Assembly (NCBI GenBank): GCA_964354265.1
Contig: CAYGYY010000002.1
Span: 1 to 52,713 of the forward strand
Length of the DNA stretch: 52,713 bases
Direction: 5' to 3'
Origin: an uncultured Actinomycetota bacterium
GTDB lineage: Bacteria; Actinomycetota; Humimicrobiia; Humimicrobiales; Humimicrobiaceae
The position numbers and the translations under genes are program-made. Below the pieces are notes generated by a model that ran no database searches, was not told the origin of the DNA, and saw only the letters and a list, made by a program, of their open reading frames with translations. Positions 39,669 through 47,857 of the stretch are shown in pieces (within the stretch, counting starts at the first letter, position 1; every line of letters starts with the position of its first letter).

Positions 39669-40598
39669 ATGAATATATATATTATCATGGCAATAGTCTT
39701 TATAGCTGTTGTGAGCCTTACAATGTTCTTTTGCCTGCCGGCTATAATCAGGAGCCTTCCAAAAAAATCGCTCGTAAAGCTGAAATATTATGATAATGCT
39801 TCAAAACTTTCTGAGCAGAAAGCTACTATACTTGAAAAATCACTAAACCCGGTCTTCAGGAAAGTAATATCCCAGGCAAGAAAGATACTGCCAAAAAATC
39901 TTGTTGAATCTGTAAAAAGCAGGCTGGAGCTTGCCGGTATACAGGATGTGGTAAGGATTGATATTTTTCTGGCAATTAAATTTTTCCTGCCATTCATATT
40001 TCTTTTTGCTTTGATTTTCATGATGCTGTTTTTCGATGTGCCGGGAACTGTAAGGCTCGCAATAGTGATTCTTGTTCCTTTTACTTACATTCTTCCCGAC
40101 TACTATCTTAAAAGCAAGACTGCAAAAAGACAGGATGAAATAAGGAGGAGCCTTCCAAATGCACTTGACCTTCTCACCATAAGTGTTGAAGCAGGTCTTG
40201 GGTTTGACCAGGCATTGTACAAAGTTGCAGTTAATACAAAAGGCACGCTAGGTGATGAATTCAAGAGGACATTGAAAGAAATGGAAATCGGAGTATCAAG
40301 AAAAGATGCCTTGAAGAATTTAAGCAAGAGGACAGATATATCAGAATTGAACACTTTTATTTTTTCAATCATCCAGGCTGAAATATTCGGCATATCTATT
40401 GGCAAGGTCCTGAGGATCCAGGCAGGAGAAATGCGTATAAAAAGAAGACAAATAGCGGAAGAAAAGGGTATAAAAGCGCCTGTCAAACTGGTATTTCCAA
40501 CTATCCTTTTTTTGTTTCCTGCCCTGATGGTTATCATATTAGGGCCTGCCGGTATAAGGATAATAGATACATTCAAAGTAATAATGGGTGGGAATTAA
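39669..40598 (+). CDS. tadC: TadC (T2SS-F platform protein)
   Basis: 309 aa. It has an N-terminal TM, LPNALDLLTISVEAGLGFDQAL and KAPVKLVFPTILFLFPALMVIILGP. Confidence 0.88.
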   Translation: MNIYIIMAIVFIAVVSLTMFFCLPAIIRSLPKKSLVKLKYYDNASKLSEQKATILEKSLNPVFRKVISQARKILPKNLVESVKSRLELAGIQDVVRIDIFLAIKFFLPFIFLFALIFMMLFFDVPGTVRLAIVILVPFTYILPDYYLKSKTAKRQDEIRRSLPNALDLLTISVEAGLGFDQALYKVAVNTKGTLGDEFKRTLKEMEIGVSRKDALKNLSKRTDISELNTFIFSIIQAEIFGISIGKVLRIQAGEMRIKRRQIAEEKGIKAPVKLVFPTILFLFPALMVIILGPAGIRIIDTFKVIMGGN

Positions 40599-40674
40599 CA
40601 GGCAGGTGGTTTTTGAAGGTATACATTAAAAGTAAATGTATGATTACTATCATTAAAAATAAGCAGGAAATTAT

Positions 40675-41550
40675 ATGGAACAAAAAGAAATAATAGAAAC
40701 TGCAGGAGACGCAGGCATTAGGCAAACGAAGGAAAAGAATGAATTTGAGGATATATTCAGGGAGATGCTTAGCATTGAGGATACCAAGAATCTTAGCAGC
40801 AAAGTTAAATACTGCCTGATAAAAATATCAATAGATAATTTTAATGAAATTTCATCGTTAATGAAGGCTGAAGAAAAAAATTCACTGATATACAAGTTCT
40901 CAAATTTTTTATTCAAAAATCTCAGAAAGAAAGATATATACCTCATGTCTGAGCCAGGGAAGTTCCTGGTGATTTTTCCGGATATAAGCGTGGATGCTGC
41001 AGATACAGTAATGAAAAGAATAATAGTCTCTGCAGAAAAAGAATTCAGTCAGAACTTAAAGGTGAGTTGGGATGTCCTGGTAGGTACAAACAAGGAAGAA
41101 GAAATCAAACCATTTATCAGGAAATCAGATCTTATTTCAAATTTAAATAAAAATCCTACAACGGGTAGAGTCGTTGAAAAGGTGATTTTAAAAAAACAGG
41201 CGTCAAGTCTGATTTTCAGGAATTTTCTTATTTCATTTATATTATTTGCTTTAATTCTTATTGCTGGCATTACTCTTATATTTTATGGGACAAGCAGATT
41301 TTATTATTTCCCTGGATATGAAGCGTTTGAGAATTTCCTGCAAAATATGATGCCTGGCGCAATAAGATATTTCAGCAGTATAAACATTAAAGCTACCCCA
41401 TTTCTATTCTTTATAGTTTTGATTCTTTCACTTAGCCTGACTTTTGGTCTGGGGATGTTCACAGGTTTTATAATTAACTTGAAGATGAAAAACTCAGGAA
41501 CGCTCAGGATCAAAATAGCAGCTCTGCAAAGCAAGAATAATGCGGCTTAA
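40675..41550 (+). CDS. Membrane-anchored degenerate GGDEF-like domain protein (A-site EPGKF, I-site RKKD retained)
   Basis: aa 46-120 align without gaps to the remembered PleD GGDEF core. IDIDFF corresponds to ISIDNF, RAID-x5-GGEEF to RKKD-x5-EPGKF, and VVIMPD to LVIFPD. Two or three C-terminal TM segments follow. Confidence 0.65.
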   Translation: MEQKEIIETAGDAGIRQTKEKNEFEDIFREMLSIEDTKNLSSKVKYCLIKISIDNFNEISSLMKAEEKNSLIYKFSNFLFKNLRKKDIYLMSEPGKFLVIFPDISVDAADTVMKRIIVSAEKEFSQNLKVSWDVLVGTNKEEEIKPFIRKSDLISNLNKNPTTGRVVEKVILKKQASSLIFRNFLISFILFALILIAGITLIFYGTSRFYYFPGYEAFENFLQNMMPGAIRYFSSINIKATPFLFFIVLILSLSLTFGLGMFTGFIINLKMKNSGTLRIKIAALQSKNNAA

Positions 41551-41554
41551 AACT

Positions 41555-41580
41555 AAAACCAGCACCCGCTCTCTGGTTTT
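41555..41580 (+). terminator. Candidate intrinsic terminator at the end of the tad operon
   Basis: An 8-bp stem AAAACCAG/CTGGTTTT with a 10-nt loop. The stem is A/U-rich and merges into a short T-run, so the call is weak. Confidence 0.35.
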
Positions 41581-41751
41581 AAACCAGGATATCTGGCCTT
41601 AAAACTATACATTTTTTTATAGGATTTCACTTCCTGATTATTAAAGATTTAATCTTGAATACATGTTGAAAAAAGTAGTATCATTTATCTGGATGCCTTT
41701 AGAAGGTTATCCTGAGATGATTTGGCAGAAATATTTTTCCGGAGAGGATAT

Positions 41752-42741
41752 ATGTATACTGGCGCTGATTTCCTTATAGATAAAGATATGAACATTTATC
41801 TGAGCGAGGTCAATACCGGACTACCCGGAGGTGCACAGGAATATGATCTTATACATCGGTTGTTGTTTAATAGAGCTTCTGGTGTTTTTTTAAAGATTGA
41901 AAAAATTTGCAGAGAGCAATACAAAAAACCCTTTAAAAAATATATCAGGGAACTGTCGTTTTTTAAGGATTTGAAGACACTAAAGATATGGATGGATGAA
42001 CAGGGGCCCCCTCCTGTAAATCCGGATAATTATTTAAGGCTGGAAGACAAATGGGTGCAGTATTTAGTCCTTTCCGGGAATTATCCTGTAATTCCAACAG
42101 TTTTATTTAATAAGGAAAATCTTGGATACTTTAAAGAGGCACTGTTGCAGGATCAGTGTTTCATATTAAAAAGACGGTTTGGCAGGGGCGGCAGGGGCTT
42201 CAGGAAGATATTGGATTTAAGTGGTCTTGATAACTTGATAGAATCAGAAATTACCAGCAATTTTTATATACAGCAGCCCTACCTAAACAGTACTGTAAAG
42301 TGCGGCAAAGACATGTTTAGATTATCTTTGAGGGCGCTATCTTTTGCAGGGAAATTCATATGTATGTATGCCAACATTTCAAAAAAGGTCACTTCCAATC
42401 ACGGGTTTCTCTTTTATGTGAATCCGGATAAACACTTAGGTATAAAGGGCTGCAGTTTTAATATAACGCTGGTAACTAAAAGAGCATGGGAAGCGCATAT
42501 TTTTTTTGGAAAAGATATGCCAGATTATCTATACCACAATCTTAATGAAGAACGGGTTTCGGATTCAGTGTTAAACATTCCGCAGGATATATATGAAAAA
42601 ATAATAAAAATATCTACTTCTATAAGCCGATTTTATATGGAGCTGGATGCTTCAGAATTGCCCAAATGCTATCTTGAGGAAGAGGGTTTTAATGATTTTC
42701 CAGATGGCCAGAAAATAACAGAAGAGATGAAAGGAGAGTAA
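41752..42741 (+). CDS. ATP-grasp-like protein with apparently permuted motif order
   Basis: ATG 41752 follows GGAGAGG; the ORF-track TTG is at 41722. The N-terminus GADFLIDKDMNIYLSEVNTGLPGG resembles the C-terminal Mg/ATP motif of ATP-grasp enzymes. In the middle, DKW..YLVL...YPVIPT, FILKRRFGRGGRGF, FYIQQPYL and TSNHG resemble the N-terminal and central motifs. Confidence 0.5.
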   Translation: MYTGADFLIDKDMNIYLSEVNTGLPGGAQEYDLIHRLLFNRASGVFLKIEKICREQYKKPFKKYIRELSFFKDLKTLKIWMDEQGPPPVNPDNYLRLEDKWVQYLVLSGNYPVIPTVLFNKENLGYFKEALLQDQCFILKRRFGRGGRGFRKILDLSGLDNLIESEITSNFYIQQPYLNSTVKCGKDMFRLSLRALSFAGKFICMYANISKKVTSNHGFLFYVNPDKHLGIKGCSFNITLVTKRAWEAHIFFGKDMPDYLYHNLNEERVSDSVLNIPQDIYEKIIKISTSISRFYMELDASELPKCYLEEEGFNDFPDGQKITEEMKGE

Positions 42742-42742
42742 G

Positions 42743-43483
42743 ATGAAAGGTAAAATGAAAATTAAAGTATTGATGCTTGCAATAGCGGCCTTTGTAAGCC
42801 TGGTTTCTTTAACTTCTGTTTCATGCATAAGACTGGCAGGATTGCAGGGCTCAGGCAATGTAGTAAGCGAGGAAAGAAGCGTATCAGGATTTAATGCTGT
42901 TGCTGTCAGTTCAGGGATGAATCTGTACCTTAGGCAGGGTGATACTGAGTACTGCAAGCTGGAAACCGATGATAATATTATTTCCCAGATAGTTACTGAA
43001 GTAAAAAATGAAAAACTGGTTATAGAGTATAAGAATTTTCTTGGAGGGATAAGCACACGAAAGCCTGTAAATGTTTATGTTACAGTAAAAAATTTAAATG
43101 AGGTTTCAGCTTCCAGTGGTTCAAGGGTAGAAAGTGAGCTTATTAATTCAAATTCACTTGAAATAAACATGGGCAGCGGTTCAAATGGTGAATTCATTGT
43201 CAGCACCAGGAGTCTTGATGTCGGTCTTTCAAGCGGCTCACAGTTGGAAGTATCAGGAGAGACACAGAGCCAGAACGTAGACCTTTCAAGCGGGGTGACC
43301 TACAATGCTGAAGACCTTACAAGCATGAATGCAGAGTTAGATGTTTCAAGCGGTGCACAAGCTAAAATTATGGTAAGCGATAGCCTTGATGTAGATATCT
43401 CAAGCGGAGGCAGTGTAGAATATTCCGGCTCACCGCAGGTAACGTCAAACATATCGTCAGGAGGTAGCCTAAAAAATAATTAG
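42743..43483 (+). CDS. DUF2807 / head GIN-domain lipoprotein
   Basis: It has a signal peptide with Cys (SVSCIRL), GSGNVVSEERSVSGFNAVAVSSGMNLYL, repeated beta-helix-like SSGS motifs and a C-terminal YSGSPQV...SSGGSL. Confidence 0.8.
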   Translation: MKGKMKIKVLMLAIAAFVSLVSLTSVSCIRLAGLQGSGNVVSEERSVSGFNAVAVSSGMNLYLRQGDTEYCKLETDDNIISQIVTEVKNEKLVIEYKNFLGGISTRKPVNVYVTVKNLNEVSASSGSRVESELINSNSLEINMGSGSNGEFIVSTRSLDVGLSSGSQLEVSGETQSQNVDLSSGVTYNAEDLTSMNAELDVSSGAQAKIMVSDSLDVDISSGGSVEYSGSPQVTSNISSGGSLKNN

Positions 43484-43569
43484 GCCATATAAACGGTGAA
43501 ACAAAAAAATATTTGGACCAATATCTATTTGATTATCAATTTTAGAGAATATAGTGAAAGAAGAAAAAA

Positions 43570-44331
43570 ATGAAAACAAAGAGAAAAAATAATTTTGCAA
43601 AGCCGATCTTTATTACAGCTGCAATTGTAGTGGTTATTATTCTTACATTTTCACTTAGCTCATGCATTACAATAAGAGTAAATGATATAAAAGGCTCAGG
43701 GCAAATCGAGACTAAAGAATTCGAAGTCTCGGATTTTAATACCCTGGAGTTTTCAGGAATAGGAAACATCTATATAACCCAGGGAGATACAGAATCATTA
43801 AAAGTGGAAGCAGAAAACAATGTCATTGATAATCTTAAGGTTTCCACACAGGGTAATACATTATCAATAGGTTTTAAGGATAGGTTAGTCAATGTGATAC
43901 CAACAAAATCGATTAATTATTACCTGACGGTTAAAGACCTTAGAGAACTCAAAATATCAGGAGCCGGAAATGTAAAATGTGAACAATTAATAACCCAGGA
44001 CTTGACGATACTATCAAGCGGGCTCGGAAACATGGAAATGCAACTTGCTGCTGAAGAGTTACGGGTAGATATCTCAGGTGCAGGTAAGATTGTAATGTCG
44101 GGTGAGGTACAGACCCAGGACATAACAATATCAGGTGCTGGTTCTTATGGAGCTTTCAATCTGGAAAGCAGCGATTGCAGGATAAATATAACCGGTTTAG
44201 GCAAAGCAGAATTAAACGCATCTGATACGCTTGATATAAGGATGAGCGGCATTGGAAGCATTGAATATAAAGGTAATCCGGAGGTGGCCCAGAATATTTC
44301 AGGAGGCGGGAAAATAAAGAGTGTTGATTGA
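43570..44331 (+). CDS. DUF2807 / head GIN-domain lipoprotein (paralog)
   Basis: Lipobox LSSCIT, GSGQIETKEFEVSDFNTLEFSGIGNIYI, and a C-terminal YKGNPEV...SGGGKI. The architecture matches the preceding gene. Confidence 0.8.
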   Translation: MKTKRKNNFAKPIFITAAIVVVIILTFSLSSCITIRVNDIKGSGQIETKEFEVSDFNTLEFSGIGNIYITQGDTESLKVEAENNVIDNLKVSTQGNTLSIGFKDRLVNVIPTKSINYYLTVKDLRELKISGAGNVKCEQLITQDLTILSSGLGNMEMQLAAEELRVDISGAGKIVMSGEVQTQDITISGAGSYGAFNLESSDCRINITGLGKAELNASDTLDIRMSGIGSIEYKGNPEVAQNISGGGKIKSVD

Positions 44332-44375
44332 GTAAGCTAAAAAGAATTTAAAAAATAATTAAAAAGGAGGATGAG

Positions 44376-44909
44376 ATGGCAGAACTTACAAAGGAACAAT
44401 TGGAAGAAGGCAAGAAAGTTTTAGGCGGTGTAAATATTTTCTTCTGGGTAGTGGGCGGCATTATTGCAGTAGGATTACTTTCATTTATAAGCTTTGGTGG
44501 CTGGGCCAAAGACTTAACATTGGGCCCGATTGCAATAGGACTTCCATCACCTGACGTAACATGGATGTTCCTGGCATTATATGTTGTTGCACTTGTTGGA
44601 TTGTATATAAGGAAAGGATGGGCTGTTCCGGTAGGCAGGGCAGGACTGGTAGTAGCAATGGTGATACTTTTCCCGGTTGGAACGATTTTTGGTGCCATAC
44701 TCTGGAAAAGGATAAATGATCCCATTGCAAAAAGGTATCTCAATTATGGAGAAGCCCATGAAGAAGAGGAAGAAGCAAAAGAAGAGCCAAAACCTGAAGA
44801 GAGCGTAGGGAGTAAGCTTGAAGCAGCAGAGAAAAAACTGAAAGAAGTGGAGCAAAAGCTTGAAGCAGCAGAGAAAAAACTGGAAGAAACAGAGCAAAAA
44901 CTTGAATAA
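44376..44909 (+). CDS. Hypothetical membrane protein with C-terminal coiled-coil repeats
   Basis: It has an AAGGAGG SD, about 4 TM segments, and an acidic tail with repeated KLEAAEKKL(K/E)E(V/T)EQ units. Confidence 0.6.
   Translation: MAELTKEQLEEGKKVLGGVNIFFWVVGGIIAVGLLSFISFGGWAKDLTLGPIAIGLPSPDVTWMFLALYVVALVGLYIRKGWAVPVGRAGLVVAMVILFPVGTIFGAILWKRINDPIAKRYLNYGEAHEEEEEAKEEPKPEESVGSKLEAAEKKLKEVEQKLEAAEKKLEETEQKLE
44814..44906 (+). repeat. 42-bp in-frame tandem repeat, 2.2 copies
   Basis: Units at 44814-44855 and 44856-44897 differ at about 4 positions. A partial third copy lies at 44898-44906. Confidence 0.85.
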
Positions 44910-45000
44910 AAATAAAACTAAATCCGGAGACAGGACTGAATTATGTGTGTAAATTTTTAGTGGATATTTTGGAGAAATACAAGAAAAAAAGGGATTCCTT

Positions 45001-46545
45001 TTATTTAATTTTTTTATATTCAAGCAGCACTGGCAAGTCTTCAACTGCAGGACTGTTGAATACTTTTCCGAGAGAATCAAATCTTGAACCATGGCATGGA
45101 CAATCCCATGATTTTTCAGCAGCGTTAAATCTTACAAGACAATTCATGTGAGGACATGCAGGGTTTAAAAATATGCCTCCCCCCTCAGGAGTCTTATATA
45201 GCGCTACCTTGTTTCCTTCAATTTCAATAATCCTGCCTTCACCATTATTCATATCAGATAAGTAGCTTTCCGGTTTATTTATTACAAATTCCCGGACGGC
45301 TTTTCTGCTTTCAGCTTTTGAGCTGGAAGATGATTCCTTACTGATGGATAACTTGAACCTTGATGGGTCATATACATCCTGCCAGGGACTGATTTTTTCT
45401 GTTATCATATCCCTCAGTACCATAGCTGAAATGGTCCCATGAGTCATTCCCCAGCCATTGAATCCTGTTGTAATATAAATATGCCTTGAATCCGGAAGAT
45501 ATTTGCCTATATATGGAACCATATCTACAGTATTGTTATCCTGTGATGACCAGCAAAATTCAATATAATCAATTTCAAAGAATTGCTTAACATAATCATA
45601 CAAAAGTGAAACCCTTGCCATGGTATCTTCAACGATGCCTGTTAGATGTTCCTGCCCCCCTGCAATTATCAGCTCACCATTTTTATAAGGTTGTGACCTG
45701 AAGGAGTAAATATCTTTTTCAGCGCTTATAAAAACACCATCCGGAAATGGCGTGTTAAGCTTCATTGCAAAAGTATATATCCTGCCGGCTTTCATCCTGT
45801 CATAATATTGGCCTGGCTTATCATAAAATGGAAAGTGAGTTGAAATTACGATATCTTTAGCTAAGACTTCTCCCCTGTTAGTATAAAGCCTGCAGGGAGA
45901 CCCTTCTTTCAAGTCCATAGCTCTCGTTTTTTCAAAAATATAACTGCCGTTTCCGGGGATTTCTTTAACCAGTGCCAAAAGATATTTCCTGGGGTGGAAT
46001 TGTCCCTGGCCAGAAAAACAGACAGCGCCTTTTGCTGGGATAGGTATGGGTACATCGCGGGTAAAATATGCCGGAAGCCCCAACCTCTTTGAAGTTTTGA
46101 CTTCATTGTGGACTTCCTTTAGCGTTTCATCAGTCTCTGCATAGGTAAAAGCTGTCTTGTTGAAGAAATCACACTCGATATTATAAACTCTTATAAGCTC
46201 TTTTATCATTGAAATTGCGGCAATATTTGCATCAGCGTACTGTTTTGCAAGTTTATATCCGAATTTTTCCATCAGGTAGCTATATATCAGGATATGTTGT
46301 GCCGTTATCTTTCCAGTAGTATATCCGGAAACACCAGTTGCTACCCTTTCTGCATCAATAAGGGCAACAGTCAATCCCTCATTTTTTAAGAGAAGCGCAG
46401 TTGTTATCCCTGCAATGCCAGCGCCAACGACAGCAACGTCTACTTCTATTTGCCCGTTTTCCTGAAGGGGTTCAAAGTCTGTAACCGGTGTAGTTGCAAG
46501 CCAAAGAGAGGTCTCATTTCTACAAATATTTTTTTTAAGTTCCAT
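45001..46545 (-). CDS. FAD-dependent oxidoreductase (DAO-like) fused to a C-terminal Rieske [2Fe-2S] domain
   Basis: VAVVGAGIAGITTAL at the N-terminus. The Rieske motifs CPHMNC and CPCHGSRF lie at the C-terminus. Confidence 0.88.
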   Translation of the reverse strand: MELKKNICRNETSLWLATTPVTDFEPLQENGQIEVDVAVVGAGIAGITTALLLKNEGLTVALIDAERVATGVSGYTTGKITAQHILIYSYLMEKFGYKLAKQYADANIAAISMIKELIRVYNIECDFFNKTAFTYAETDETLKEVHNEVKTSKRLGLPAYFTRDVPIPIPAKGAVCFSGQGQFHPRKYLLALVKEIPGNGSYIFEKTRAMDLKEGSPCRLYTNRGEVLAKDIVISTHFPFYDKPGQYYDRMKAGRIYTFAMKLNTPFPDGVFISAEKDIYSFRSQPYKNGELIIAGGQEHLTGIVEDTMARVSLLYDYVKQFFEIDYIEFCWSSQDNNTVDMVPYIGKYLPDSRHIYITTGFNGWGMTHGTISAMVLRDMITEKISPWQDVYDPSRFKLSISKESSSSSKAESRKAVREFVINKPESYLSDMNNGEGRIIEIEGNKVALYKTPEGGGIFLNPACPHMNCLVRFNAAEKSWDCPCHGSRFDSLGKVFNSPAVEDLPVLLEYKKIK

Positions 46546-46590
46546 AGCTTCTCAAAAAATATCTTATTTGCGGTATTTTATCATTTTAAT

Positions 46591-47841
46591 ATGCTAAAAT
46601 CTAAAGTTATGTTTCCTAAAATAATATTGAAAAAAGGCAAAGAGAAATCGCTGGCAAGGCGGCACCCCTGGGTTTTTTCAGGTGCCATCAGCCGTATTGA
46701 TAATCCTGTAAGGGAGGGTGATGTTGTAGAAGTATATGACTTCAATGGGGTATATCTGGCAACAGGCCATTACCAGCCAAGCTCAATTTCAGTAAGGATA
46801 TTTTCATTTGTAAGGACTGAAGCAAACGGCCAGTTCTGGAAGGAAAAATTCCAGGAAGCTTTTTCACTGCGCTGCAGGCTTGGCATTACCGGGTATTGCG
46901 ATGTCTTCAGGCTGGTAAACGCTGAAGGAGACGGGATGCCGGGTCTTATAGTCGATTATTATAATGGCATATTCGTAATGCAGGCGCATTCTGCCGGTAT
47001 GTATTTCAATGCGGAGTTATTCAGGGACATCCTTGTAGAGCTTTTTGAAAGAGACCTGGATGATAAAAAAACCACAGGGCAAAAAAATCCAGGCATAATC
47101 TTATTGAAGTCTGTTTATAATAAAAGCAGCGATACATTACCGTTTAAAGCAGGAATAGAAGCGCAGAATGGTTTTATTTATGGGAGCCCGCCTGAGCATA
47201 ATAATATTATTGTATCTGAATATGGATATAAATTTCTTGTCGATATTGAAGGAGGACAGAAAACAGGTTTTTTTATTGACCAGCGGGAGAACAGGAAGCT
47301 CCTGGAAAGGTTCTGTACAGGTAAGAAGGTGCTTAATGCTTTCTCCTATACCGGAGGTTTTACAGTTTATGCTATTGGTGGAGATGCTTCTGTTGTTCAT
47401 AGTGTTGACAGCTCTGCTGGTTCACTGGATCTTGCAGGAAAAAATCTTGCGCTAAATTTTGGAAGCATATTCCGCCATGAATCGTTTTGTGAAGATGTTT
47501 TTAAATTCCTTGCCGCTACAACTGATACATATGATGTCATAATCCTTGATCCTCCAGCATTTTCCAAACATATCGACACGCTAAAACAGGGCCTGAGAGG
47601 ATACGAGAGGCTAAATGAAATGGCTCTCAAGAAAATATCGCGCGGAGGTATCTTATTTACTTTTTCATGTTCACAGTCAGTCTCAAAGGATGCTTTCAGG
47701 ACAACCTTGTTCCGTTCGTCACTTGCCGTAAAAAGGGATTTAAAAATAATCTATCAGTTAAGCCAGCCTGGCGACCATCCGGTCAGCATATATCATCCTG
47801 AGGGGGAGTATTTAAAAGGCCTTGTGCTGAAGGTTGAATAA
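46591..47841 (+). CDS. rlmI: PUA-domain class I SAM-dependent rRNA methyltransferase, RlmI-like
   Basis: ILKKGKEKSLARRHPWVFSGAI, QKTGFFIDQREN, NAFSYTGGFTV and ILDPPAFSK. The internal ATG avoids overlap with the divergent gene. Confidence 0.85.
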   Translation: MLKSKVMFPKIILKKGKEKSLARRHPWVFSGAISRIDNPVREGDVVEVYDFNGVYLATGHYQPSSISVRIFSFVRTEANGQFWKEKFQEAFSLRCRLGITGYCDVFRLVNAEGDGMPGLIVDYYNGIFVMQAHSAGMYFNAELFRDILVELFERDLDDKKTTGQKNPGIILLKSVYNKSSDTLPFKAGIEAQNGFIYGSPPEHNNIIVSEYGYKFLVDIEGGQKTGFFIDQRENRKLLERFCTGKKVLNAFSYTGGFTVYAIGGDASVVHSVDSSAGSLDLAGKNLALNFGSIFRHESFCEDVFKFLAATTDTYDVIILDPPAFSKHIDTLKQGLRGYERLNEMALKKISRGGILFTFSCSQSVSKDAFRTTLFRSSLAVKRDLKIIYQLSQPGDHPVSIYHPEGEYLKGLVLKVE

Positions 47842-47857
47842 GATATGTGCAAAATAA

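Noticed and set aside
44577-45092. A 171-aa minus-strand ORF spanning the end of the coiled-coil membrane protein gene and the adjacent intergenic region.
   Set aside because: It is a mirror image of the Lys/Glu-repeat coding region (it reads as Phe/Leu/Cys repeats). It conflicts with two better-supported genes.
46450-46590. The N-terminal extension of the RlmI-like ORF in the ORF track (start at 46450).
   Set aside because: The extension overlaps the divergent FAD/Rieske gene and encodes non-homologous sequence. The conserved RlmI N-terminus begins just after the ATG at 46591/46609.
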